From the NCBI GenBank assembly GCA_021202155.1, contig JAJQDP010000019.1, positions 51,084-115,083 on the forward strand: a stretch of DNA of 64,000 nt. The letters run 5' to 3'. Source of the DNA: Oscillospiraceae bacterium (GTDB taxonomy: Bacteria > Bacillota > Clostridia > Oscillospirales > Ruminococcaceae). Below are positions 33,120-42,507 of this stretch, in pieces. The notes below the pieces were generated by a model, which did not search any database, had not been told where the DNA came from, and was given only the letters and a program-made list of their open reading frames with translations. Position numbers and translations under genes: made by a program. How positions within the stretch are numbered: position 1 is the first letter of the stretch; each line of letters opens with the position of its first letter.

Positions 33120-34156
33120 AGCACGTTAGCCCAATAGGCGACAAATTCAATTATTCCGGCAGAATCGATTTTTCCGAGCCGGACAGCGCGGTATTCTGCT
33201 GGACAGGAAGCTATTTAAGCTTCTCGTTCAAGGGTTCTGAAATTTCGGCAGTAATCGAGAACATGAAGTACTGGTACGGCAGATTCATCGGCTTCGTAAT
33301 CGATGGGGAAGAGAAGTGCATCCCGATTCCCGACGGCGAAGCGGAGGTTTTGCTTGCATACGGGCTCGAAAATACCCGCCATGACTGCGTCCTTTATAAG
33401 CGTATGGAGGGGCACTACTTCAAGCTCAAAGGCTTCGTTCTCCCCGACGACGGTGAGATTTTAGAGCCTCTTCCCAAGCCGAAAAAGCGCATCGAATTCT
33501 ACGGCGATTCGGTAACTGCCGGTTCGGTTGTTGATGCTGTTGACTATGTAGGACAGCTTGACCCTGAGAACCACGACGGCGTCTATGATAATTCCTGGCA
33601 CAGCTATTCTCTGATGACAGCCCGTCTTCTCCCTGCAGAAGTCTATAACACCGCTCAGGGCGGCATCGCCATCTTTGATGGAACGGGATACTTTGAAGAA
33701 CCTGCATTGGGACTTGAGTCCTGCTACGACAAGACCCGCTACTGCTCGATGCCTCCGAGAACTCCTTGGGATTTCTCTAAATTCGTCCCGCATGTCATCG
33801 TCTATGCCGTCGGTCAGAACGACGATCACCCACATAACGGTTGTATTCATGACCCCGAGTACCGCGAAAAGTGGATGAAGCGTTACATAGAAATTATCGA
33901 AGACACCCGCTCCCACACCAACCACGCAACCGTGGTTTTAGCTCTTACCGTCCTCATGCATGACCCTGCCTGGGATGAAGCCTTGGAGGAGATAAAGAAC
34001 CGCCTCGGCGGCGAGGAGAACCGTGTTTATCACTTCACCTATACAAGGTGCGGCAAAGCCACCCCCGGACACCCGAGAATCCCAGAGCAGGAAGAAATGG
34101 CAAAGGAACTCACAGCGTTCCTGAATTCGCTTCCGGAAGATACATGGGAAGACTGA
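33116..34156 (+). CDS. SGNH/GDSL hydrolase, carbohydrate esterase family 2-like (acetyl esterase)
   Basis: ATGA overlap with the GH5 gene. An N-terminal beta-sandwich region is followed by EFYGDSVTAG (the GDS block). GQND lies near block III. Confidence 0.75.
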   Translation: MKHVSPIGDKFNYSGRIDFSEPDSAVFCWTGSYLSFSFKGSEISAVIENMKYWYGRFIGFVIDGEEKCIPIPDGEAEVLLAYGLENTRHDCVLYKRMEGHYFKLKGFVLPDDGEILEPLPKPKKRIEFYGDSVTAGSVVDAVDYVGQLDPENHDGVYDNSWHSYSLMTARLLPAEVYNTAQGGIAIFDGTGYFEEPALGLESCYDKTRYCSMPPRTPWDFSKFVPHVIVYAVGQNDDHPHNGCIHDPEYREKWMKRYIEIIEDTRSHTNHATVVLALTVLMHDPAWDEALEEIKNRLGGEENRVYHFTYTRCGKATPGHPRIPEQEEMAKELTAFLNSLPEDTWED

Positions 34157-34168
34157 TTCTGACATAGT

Positions 34169-34198
34169 AAAAGCACCGTCACGAAGGCGGTGCTTTCT
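34169..34198. terminator. bidirectional terminator
   Basis: aaagcaccg-N8-cggtgcttt between convergent genes. Confidence 0.75.
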
Positions 34199-34212
34199 AT
34201 ATTCGCAAATTT

Positions 34213-35424
34213 TCAGTCTTCCTTGATAAATCTATCCATAATCGTATGCCCAACAGGAATAAATCTTCCTGTTTCTTCTGCCGACTTTTCGCAGAGGCAG
34301 TCAACGCCCGCTTTCGGGGAGTTCTTGTGGTAGATAAGATAGGGGATCGGGTCGTTGGTGTGGGTCTTAAGAGCCAACGGAGTAGCGTGGTCGGGCATGA
34401 TTAGAATCTTGTAGTCATCATATTCCTCAAGAGCCTCAAGAACCGGACCTAAAATCTTTTGGTCGATAAGCTCGATAGCCTTGACTTTGTTCTCGATTTC
34501 GTGACGGTGTCCGCACTCATCGGGAGCTTCAACGTGGATATACACAAAGTCTTGCCCAGAAGCGAACTCATCTATGCAAGCCTGAGCCTTGCCCTCAAAG
34601 TTGGTGTCGATATATCCTGTCGCGCCCTCGACGTTTACAACGTTCATGCCGCTGAACTTGCCGATGCCCTTGAGAAGGTCGACGGCTGAGATCATGGAGG
34701 CTTTGAGCCCGTACCTGTCCTTGAACTGAGCCAAGGGCTTTCTCACGCCTTCACCCCAGAACCACATCGAATTAGCCGGGTTCTTGCCCTGTCTGACCCT
34801 TTCAAGGTTAAGAGGATGATTCTTAAGGAGCTCATAGCTCTTCTTCATCATGTTTATAAGTTTCTCTGCGTTCGGACTTGTTGAGAGATACTGTCCGATA
34901 ACTCTCCCGGAAATATCGTGCGGGGGAGTCAGAGTTCCGACGTCAAGTGTGCCGTTCTTTTGGATGAGGCAGTGGCGGTAGCTCACTCCTGCATAGAGTG
35001 TGAACTCCTCATCGTCAAAGTGCTCCTTGAGGAAGTCGACTAAGATTTTGGCATCTGAAGTGGAAATGTCTCCCGAACAGTAGTCGACCATCGTCTTATC
35101 CTCGTACTTCTCTTCATCCGAAAGAGTGACCAGGTTGCATCTGAAAGATACGTCGGTGGGAAGCATGTCGATTCCGATAGAGCCTGCTTCGAGAGGCGAA
35201 CGTCCCGAGTAGTAGATAGCCGGGTCATAGCCTAAAACCGAGAGATTCGCAACGTCACTTCCTGGCTTTAAGCCATCGGCAACAGTCTTTACAAGACCGA
35301 CTTCCGAGGTTTTCGCTAACTTGTCCATGTTCGGCTTGTACGCTTTTGCCATAGGCGTAACGCCGCCGAGCTCCTCGACGGGATAGTCCGCCATTCCGTC
35401 ACAAAGTAAAACAAGATATTTCAT
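34213..35424 (-). CDS. apgM: cofactor-independent phosphoglycerate mutase, archaeal-type (ApgM)
   Basis: MKYLVLLCDGMADYP, HVEAPDECGH and MPDHATP are alkaline-phosphatase-superfamily metal ligand motifs typical of ApgM. Confidence 0.85.
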   Translation of the reverse strand: MKYLVLLCDGMADYPVEELGGVTPMAKAYKPNMDKLAKTSEVGLVKTVADGLKPGSDVANLSVLGYDPAIYYSGRSPLEAGSIGIDMLPTDVSFRCNLVTLSDEEKYEDKTMVDYCSGDISTSDAKILVDFLKEHFDDEEFTLYAGVSYRHCLIQKNGTLDVGTLTPPHDISGRVIGQYLSTSPNAEKLINMMKKSYELLKNHPLNLERVRQGKNPANSMWFWGEGVRKPLAQFKDRYGLKASMISAVDLLKGIGKFSGMNVVNVEGATGYIDTNFEGKAQACIDEFASGQDFVYIHVEAPDECGHRHEIENKVKAIELIDQKILGPVLEALEEYDDYKILIMPDHATPLALKTHTNDPIPYLIYHKNSPKAGVDCLCEKSAEETGRFIPVGHTIMDRFIKED

Positions 35425-35566
35425 ATTATCGTCTCCTTAGAGTTATGATTCAATAAAGCGTACACAGTATACCACATTTCACGGAAAATTGCAATACCTT
35501 AGTTTGGGTATATTTTCCGAACGCCCGCAAATAATATCTCAAAATACTGTTTGAAAGGCGACAGGT

Positions 35567-38500
35567 ATGAAGGAACGTATACGAATAAGCAAGTATTTCA
35601 GTAAGATAAGAAGGATGCGCTCTGGCTTCCAGAGTCGGTATAAAACTCTATGCTTGGATGGATGTAAAACTGACGACGAGATTTTCTTTGCGGATAACTA
35701 TCGCATTATAAACGACTCCATCGGGTATCTCTTAAGCTGTAACCCGAAGGCGGAGTTAACTGCCGGTCTTGAGCTTGCAGAATATTTATTATCTCACTTT
35801 GATGGTAAAATTCCCTCAACAGATGAGATAATACTCCTCATCAGAGATTATGCTACAGACAGCATCATCAACCCCTGCGACATTGAGAATCTTAAATTCG
35901 AGCTCACATACCTGATTCTTGAACAGATTGATGAAGACCTCCATATGTCCATACTCATGCTTTCCGGTATCGACTCAATTGATGAATACCGAATCAACGA
36001 GACGGTCAATCCGGTTGCAATAGAGCTTTCACGTGACGAATACTACCCGAAGTGCGACCGCAAGACCAGGAAGCAGTATCGCGAGCAGGTCTATTCTTCA
36101 AAGCCGATTCTTTTCCTGAACAGATGCCCAAAGTCAAGAATTGCCACTGACCTGACCGTGGAGCTTCTTGAAGTGGCGATAGCATTTATGTTCACACTTG
36201 CTCTTACTTTCCAGATAGGTGAACCGTGGACGACACTTTTTCTAATCTGTCCAGCCTACGCCGCAATCAAGGCTGTTGTCAACGATATTCTTCTCAGGCA
36301 TGTTCCAAGAATCCGACTTCCACGTCTCGACATGAATTCTGAGGAAGTAAGAAACACTCCCTGCGCGGTTGTCCTGTCAGCAGTGGTAACAAACACCACC
36401 GACGCTGACAGCCTCTACTCAAAGCTTCTTAAGCTTCATGCTACAAATCCTCAGCCAAATATCTCGGTGTGCCTCTTAGCTGATTTCTCCGCCTCCCATG
36501 CTCCCGTTACCGGCGACGACAAGGCAATTGCCGACAGCCTTTGTGAGATGACAGACAGCCTTAATCGCGAGAACGGCAATATCTTCTCATGCATAATCAG
36601 AAAGCGCACCTACTCAGAAACCCAGGACGAATTCATGGGATATGAGCGAAAGCGCGGAGCAATTGTAGATTTGGCAAGGTTCATGAAGACCGGCGAGCAT
36701 GACTTTTACAGCATGTCCGGTAGTTACGAACGCTTAGTCGGAACAGAATACATTGTTTGCGTCGACAGCGACACCGAGCCATATATGAACTCGGTAGCTG
36801 AACTCCTTTCGATAGCACTTCACCCCGCAAACAGCGGCTATGGAATTATATCTCCGCGGATGGTGACCCGCCTCGGAGATTCGCTTGCAACCGGATTTTC
36901 AAGGGCGATGGGCGGTATTGGCTCAATTTCAGGTTATGACCTTGAGAGTATGGACTTCTGGCAGGATGTCTATGGCAGGGGAACTTTCTGCGGGAAAGGG
37001 CTTCTCAAGATAAGCTCACTCTTGGAGCGCACAGGGTTTCTTCCACATGAAAAAGTACTGTCACACGATATACTTGAGGGCGAGCTGGTGAACACCGCCT
37101 ACGCTCACGACGTCATCTTCACCGAGGGCTTTCCGAAAAATCCTGTAAGCTACTTCAAACGCCTTGACCGTTGGATAAGGGGAGACATTCAGAATCTCAG
37201 GTTCATCTTCTCCGGAAAGTTTGATCTCCTTTCAAAGCTGAAGCTCTGGGAGAACCTGAGACGCTCATTCCTGCCGATTGATGTCTTTGCAACACTACTT
37301 TTAGGGCTTTTCCTCTATCCCGAAGCCTCCGGCAAAATCGCTCTTGCGGCAGTAATTATGTATCTTATTCCGCAGTTTTTGGGATTAATCGGAACTCTCC
37401 TGAATCAGGGAATAGGATCGCGCAGATTCTACTCTGCGATGGTGAGCGGTGCGGCACTTAATATCTCATCACTCGTCTACGCACTCATACTCCTCCCAAC
37501 GCTCGCCTTGAAATCCGCCCGTGCAATGCTGACGGCAATTTTCCGGATGATGACCGGCAGAAATCTCCTTGAGTGGACGGTATCATCAACCTATGATGGA
37601 GCAAGCACAGATGGCTTTTCCTTCTTTTTCCCGTCGTGGATTTTAGGTACAGTTTTAGTCTTCTCATCGAGCTATATCGTGAGATTCTTTGGAATCCTTT
37701 TCGCACTTCTGCCGGTGCTTTTGTCATTTGGAACCCGCAAAACCGGAATATCCCAGAGGAACTTATCGGAGAGAAACAGGCGCGAGCTTTCCTCACAGGT
37801 AGCCGACATGTGGTGCTTTTTCGAGGAATATGTGAACGAGTCGGAAAACTGCCTGCCGCCCGACAACGTCCAGTTTTCGCCGGTCTACCGAATCGCCCAC
37901 AGAACTTCACCGACAAATATCGGCATGTATCTTGTGTCAGTTTTAGCGGCATGTGATCGCCGCCTTATCAGCCCTGAAAACATGTATAAGCGGATAAACG
38001 GAACTCTTGATTCTATTGAACGGATGGAGAAGTACAGCGGCAACCTTTACAACTGGTACGACACCAAAACCCTGAAGCTTTGTCCGAATCCCTATGTGTC
38101 GAGCGTTGACAGCGGAAACTTCATCTGCTCGCTTGTCGCTCTGAAGGAAGGTTTGAAGGAGTACACAGCCCGTTGTCCCGAGCTTTCTGAAACAGTTGCC
38201 CGAATAGAGAAGATTATCGCAGACTGCGATCTTTCAATATTCTTTGACGATGTCCGCGGGCTGATGGCGATAGGAATCAATCCGGAAACCGGCAAGCCTG
38301 ACAGCTCCCGATATGATTTTCTCATGAGTGAAGCCCGCCTCGGCTCATTCTACTCTATAGCCTCTCATCAAGTCCCGAAAAGCCACTGGTACAGCCTGTC
38401 AAGGCTATCCCTGAGCTGTGGTTTCTATGCCGGAACAGCCTCCTTTAGCGGCACAATGTTCGAGTACTTCATGCCGGAACTCTTCCTGGAGAGTCCTGAG

Positions 38501-41500
38501 GGCTCGTTACTGAACGAAAGCCTCCGCTACGCACTCTGGTGTCAGAAAAGATATGCAAAATCCTTCGGCAGACCCTATGGCATCTCAGAGAGCGGCTACT
38601 ACAGCTTTGACAGCAGTCTGTCATATCGTTACATGGCGCATGGAGTGCCGAAAACCGGTTTGAGAAGAGGCTTGGAGCAGGATTTTGTCCTCTCGCCCTA
38701 TTCGACCTACCTCTCACTTGGCTATTCCGGCGACAGCGGAATGGAGAACCTCAATCGCCTCAAAAAGTACGGCATGTATTCTCGCTACGGCTTTTATGAA
38801 GCACTCGATTTCACAGTCCCAGACCCGCCAGACGGCTATGCGGTTGTCAAGAGCTACATGTCCCACCACGTCGGCATGAGTATTATCTCCGCTGTGAACG
38901 TCCTTGAAGACGGCATCTTCCAGCGCAGATTCATGCGCGACAAGAACGTCATGGGTGCAATCGAGCTTCTTGACGAGCGTGTAAGGCTTGAGCGAAACAT
39001 CTATGAAGACACTGTCTTAAAGCCAAAATACCAAAAGACTGAGGAGGTTATATCACCGACCTCGGAGTATTTTGCAAGCTTTTCGCCATTTAATCCAAGA
39101 GTAAAGCTTCTCAGAAATAGCGACTACACCCTCGCTCTCACAGATGGTGGCACTTCAATCGCTATTTACAGGGGCAGAAACGTCTATTCGCGCACCCATG
39201 ACTTGGTAAACCGCCCAAAAGGCGCGTTCTTTGGAGTTATATCGGGCGATGAGAGAGCAAATTTCGCCGGCGACGCATGTGAGTTCGGAGACGGCTTTGC
39301 AGTCTATCGGAATACTATCGGCAAAATTAACGCAGAGATGAGAGTGAGCCTCCATAGAACCTTCCCGTGCGAGCTGAGAACCTTCTCTTTCAAGAATAAC
39401 TCGCAGACTGAGAAAGAGTTCTTCCTATGCGCATATATTGAGCCTTCGCTCATGATGGATGAATCCGAGCAGGCTCACCCAGCGTACTCTAAAATGTTTT
39501 TAAGGCTTGATGTCGACCCGAACCTCAATATTATCACCGCCACAAGAAGCGACTGCGACACCTCCGATAAGCCATATATGGCAGTCGGCTTTATTGACAA
39601 CACACTCGGGTTGGTTTCGTTCGACAGGGAAGATGTTCTTTCGCGCCCAGAAGGCGCAGTAGGCTTTCTTGAAAGAGCAGATAAAGTGACAAGCAGTCTC
39701 ATCTCCGAGCCTGACCCGTGTATATTCGTAAAAACACCCCTCAAGCTTCCGCCTTCGGGAGAAGCAAATCTGAATATGTTCATCCTGACAGCAGACAGCT
39801 ATGACGAGCTTATAAATATGACAGGTGAGCTGAAAGCGGGGAGAATTGAAGAGTGCCTAGGCTACAGCTCCGCTCCATCAAGGCTTCTTGAGATTTTGTC
39901 GGGAAACGTGCTTCTTGCTCCATGCAACTCTCCCGAGCGAAGAGATGCAGTTCTTGCAAATACCTTGCCTCTTAGTTCTCTTTGGGAGCTGTCAATATCA
40001 ACTGACCTCCCGCTGATTCTCTATAGCTTTGACAGTATCTCGGACACAGACAGGCTTTCAGTCTATATCCGAGCTTTCAGAGACCTCCGGCTTTCCGGAA
40101 TCAAAGCTCAGATGGCTGTTCTTTTTGATGATGCCGGCAGATACGAAAGAGAGCACTACACCGCGCTCGTGAGAGCTACAAGAGAGCTTTCCTGCGAAGG
40201 ACTACTCTACTCCGGTGGTGGAATCTACCCGGTTGATCGCTCGTCTGTCCGAGAGGAGCTTGTCACACTTCTCAAAGCCTACGCCTTTCACATCTCGCAC
40301 GGAGAGATAGAAGCGGGCATGCTGAGTACGCCTTTCTCAGAGATAGAGATAAAGCCTGTCATGCCGAGTAAGCAACATGTGGATGAAGAAATCGCATGTG
40401 GCGGCTTCTGTCGCGGAAAGTACGTTATAAACGAGAAGTCTCCGCTTCCATGGTGTCATGTGCTGTCCTCAAGGCAGTTCGGAACGCTTCTTTCGGAAGG
40501 CTCACTCGGTTTCACCTATGCCCATAATTCAAGAGAGCTCCGGCTTACACCGTGGGACAACGACACAAGCCGCGACAATATCGGCGAGCGTCTTATACTC
40601 CACATTGGTGATGAGTATTTCGACCTCATCCGGGGTTCAGCCGCCGTCTTTGCGCCATATCTTGCAGAGTATCATTTTGAAGAAAAGCATTTCAGAGGCT
40701 GTGTCATAGTAGGCGTTTCAGAAAAGGGTATGTGCAAGCGAATCAGAGTAAATATCTCTGTAGACCAGCCCGCGGAGCTTTCCTACTACACAGAGCCGTG
40801 CCTTGGACTTGACCGATCAAAATCGCATCTGTTGAAACCCGAAAGGAAAGGCAATACACTTCTCATCTCAAATTGTGCCTCACCAGTAACCGGCTTCATG
40901 GCAATAACTTCATCGATTGAGTGCAGATTTCAGACAGACGGGGAAGAGTTCTTAAGTGGAAACTGGCGCGAGAATATCACGGTAGGCGAGGACACCATTG
41001 CGGCAGGAACAGTCGAGCTTCAAGGCAAAACAGTCGTCGATTTCTATATGTCCTATGCCCATACCGAAAAAGCCGCAATTCTGATGCCTGAGTATTTCAG
41101 GACACAGACTGATACCCGTGAGCATAAGCTTACAATAAAAACACAAGAGATCGGGCTGAGGATTTTGTCGGATGACTGGCTCAGATACCAGGCACTTCAC
41201 GCAAGGATATGGGCTCGGACGGGGTTCTATCAGTCGTCGGGAGCATATGGCTTCAGAGATCAGCTCCAGGACGCAGTCGGGATAATCCTTGAAAATCCCC
41301 ATGAATGCCGTGTTCAAATTGTCCGTGCGGCAGGAGCGCAGTTTATCGAAGGCGACGTGATGCACTGGTGGCATGAGCTCCCGCTGAAAAAGACCACCGG
41401 AATACGCACACGAATTTCCGACGACCCTCTCTGGCTTGTTTATGCAGTTTGCGAGTATATCGAAAAGACAGGGGATAGCTCCATTTTAGATGTCCAAGTC

Positions 41501-42466
41501 GCATATTCTGCGGGAATTACTCTGACTGACGATGAAAGAGACAGTTGCGGCGAGGTATACAGAACATCACTCCGCGAAAGTATCTACAGCCATTGTGTGC
41601 GAGCAATCGAGTATGTCGGCTCAAGGACCGGCAAGCATGGACTTATGCTAATCGGAACTGGTGACTGGAATGACGGCTTCTCAAGCTTGGGAGAGAAGGG
41701 GACAGGCGAATCTGTCTGGCTGAGCGAATTTTATGTGCTTGTACTCAAGCGGTTCTCCGAAATATGCAAAACCGACTACAGAGAAACTCTCTTGGAAAGA
41801 GCAAAATCACTCGAATCAGCAATATCTGCAAGTGGAAAAAGCGACAAGTGGTACCTGCGGGCGTATTCAGATTCAGGTACAGTTTTAGGAGATGAAAGCT
41901 CCGCCTCCTGCAAGCTCGATTCTATTTCTCAGTCGTTCGCTCAGTTTGCGGAATTACCCGATACTGAATTCGCTAAGTCCGCACTTTTGGAGGCTTACTC
42001 AAGGCTTGCAGAAGTCGACAACGGCGTTATCAGGCTCTTTTATCCGCCCTTTCCGGATGAATCAAGAGGGGAGGTCGGCTATATCGCAAGCTATCCCGAC
42101 GGAATCCGTGAAAACGGTGGGCAATACACCCACGCCGCAATCTGGCTCGGGATGGCTTGCATAGAGGCAGGTCTGACTGATGAGGGTCTCAATATTCTCA
42201 AAGCTCTCAACCCGATTTTGCGTTCTCAGAACTGCGGCTATACCCGCTACAAGACCGAACCATACTATATCTGCGGAGACGTCTATTCAAACAAAAACTG
42301 CTACGCACGTGGCGGCTGGTCAATCTACACCGGCTCAGCAGCGTGGTACTATAGGGCAATTATAGAAGACATCTTGGGGCTCAGACTCAAATATGGCAAG
42401 CTGACAAGAGGAAAGTCTCTCGTAGACGCAAGATTATATCTTGACGGAAGGGAAGTAACGGAGTAA
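35567..42466 (+). CDS. cyclic beta-1,2-glucan synthase-like giant multidomain protein (GT84-type glycosyltransferase, TM region, (alpha/alpha)6 domain and GH94 phosphorylase-like domain)
   Basis: 2299 aa. DxD (VCVDSDT) and RLDRWIRGDIQN in the N-terminal GT domain. Multiple TM helices at about aa 560-740. PPDNVQFSPVYRIAHRTSPTNIGMYL in the middle domain. C-terminal GH94 motifs GFRDQLQD, GTGDWNDG and GGQYTHAAIW. Confidence 0.8.
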   Translation: MKERIRISKYFSKIRRMRSGFQSRYKTLCLDGCKTDDEIFFADNYRIINDSIGYLLSCNPKAELTAGLELAEYLLSHFDGKIPSTDEIILLIRDYATDSIINPCDIENLKFELTYLILEQIDEDLHMSILMLSGIDSIDEYRINETVNPVAIELSRDEYYPKCDRKTRKQYREQVYSSKPILFLNRCPKSRIATDLTVELLEVAIAFMFTLALTFQIGEPWTTLFLICPAYAAIKAVVNDILLRHVPRIRLPRLDMNSEEVRNTPCAVVLSAVVTNTTDADSLYSKLLKLHATNPQPNISVCLLADFSASHAPVTGDDKAIADSLCEMTDSLNRENGNIFSCIIRKRTYSETQDEFMGYERKRGAIVDLARFMKTGEHDFYSMSGSYERLVGTEYIVCVDSDTEPYMNSVAELLSIALHPANSGYGIISPRMVTRLGDSLATGFSRAMGGIGSISGYDLESMDFWQDVYGRGTFCGKGLLKISSLLERTGFLPHEKVLSHDILEGELVNTAYAHDVIFTEGFPKNPVSYFKRLDRWIRGDIQNLRFIFSGKFDLLSKLKLWENLRRSFLPIDVFATLLLGLFLYPEASGKIALAAVIMYLIPQFLGLIGTLLNQGIGSRRFYSAMVSGAALNISSLVYALILLPTLALKSARAMLTAIFRMMTGRNLLEWTVSSTYDGASTDGFSFFFPSWILGTVLVFSSSYIVRFFGILFALLPVLLSFGTRKTGISQRNLSERNRRELSSQVADMWCFFEEYVNESENCLPPDNVQFSPVYRIAHRTSPTNIGMYLVSVLAACDRRLISPENMYKRINGTLDSIERMEKYSGNLYNWYDTKTLKLCPNPYVSSVDSGNFICSLVALKEGLKEYTARCPELSETVARIEKIIADCDLSIFFDDVRGLMAIGINPETGKPDSSRYDFLMSEARLGSFYSIASHQVPKSHWYSLSRLSLSCGFYAGTASFSGTMFEYFMPELFLESPEGSLLNESLRYALWCQKRYAKSFGRPYGISESGYYSFDSSLSYRYMAHGVPKTGLRRGLEQDFVLSPYSTYLSLGYSGDSGMENLNRLKKYGMYSRYGFYEALDFTVPDPPDGYAVVKSYMSHHVGMSIISAVNVLEDGIFQRRFMRDKNVMGAIELLDERVRLERNIYEDTVLKPKYQKTEEVISPTSEYFASFSPFNPRVKLLRNSDYTLALTDGGTSIAIYRGRNVYSRTHDLVNRPKGAFFGVISGDERANFAGDACEFGDGFAVYRNTIGKINAEMRVSLHRTFPCELRTFSFKNNSQTEKEFFLCAYIEPSLMMDESEQAHPAYSKMFLRLDVDPNLNIITATRSDCDTSDKPYMAVGFIDNTLGLVSFDREDVLSRPEGAVGFLERADKVTSSLISEPDPCIFVKTPLKLPPSGEANLNMFILTADSYDELINMTGELKAGRIEECLGYSSAPSRLLEILSGNVLLAPCNSPERRDAVLANTLPLSSLWELSISTDLPLILYSFDSISDTDRLSVYIRAFRDLRLSGIKAQMAVLFDDAGRYEREHYTALVRATRELSCEGLLYSGGGIYPVDRSSVREELVTLLKAYAFHISHGEIEAGMLSTPFSEIEIKPVMPSKQHVDEEIACGGFCRGKYVINEKSPLPWCHVLSSRQFGTLLSEGSLGFTYAHNSRELRLTPWDNDTSRDNIGERLILHIGDEYFDLIRGSAAVFAPYLAEYHFEEKHFRGCVIVGVSEKGMCKRIRVNISVDQPAELSYYTEPCLGLDRSKSHLLKPERKGNTLLISNCASPVTGFMAITSSIECRFQTDGEEFLSGNWRENITVGEDTIAAGTVELQGKTVVDFYMSYAHTEKAAILMPEYFRTQTDTREHKLTIKTQEIGLRILSDDWLRYQALHARIWARTGFYQSSGAYGFRDQLQDAVGIILENPHECRVQIVRAAGAQFIEGDVMHWWHELPLKKTTGIRTRISDDPLWLVYAVCEYIEKTGDSSILDVQVAYSAGITLTDDERDSCGEVYRTSLRESIYSHCVRAIEYVGSRTGKHGLMLIGTGDWNDGFSSLGEKGTGESVWLSEFYVLVLKRFSEICKTDYRETLLERAKSLESAISASGKSDKWYLRAYSDSGTVLGDESSASCKLDSISQSFAQFAELPDTEFAKSALLEAYSRLAEVDNGVIRLFYPPFPDESRGEVGYIASYPDGIRENGGQYTHAAIWLGMACIEAGLTDEGLNILKALNPILRSQNCGYTRYKTEPYYICGDVYSNKNCYARGGWSIYTGSAAWYYRAIIEDILGLRLKYGKLTRGKSLVDARLYLDGREVTE

Positions 42467-42500
42467 AAAAACGGCTGGATACTCGATTGAATATCCAGCC
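42465..42500. terminator. terminator hairpin (U-tract on the minus-strand reading)
   Basis: ggctggata-N10-tatccagcc. On the minus strand it is followed by gttttttt. Confidence 0.75.
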
Positions 42501-42507
42501 AAAACTG

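Noticed and set aside
37485-41374. Several 60-155-aa ORFs on both strands inside the 6.9-kb glucan-synthase gene
   Set aside because: They are embedded in a continuous 2299-codon ORF with conserved GT and GH94 motifs throughout. The internal ORFs have no RBS and biased, motif-free sequences.
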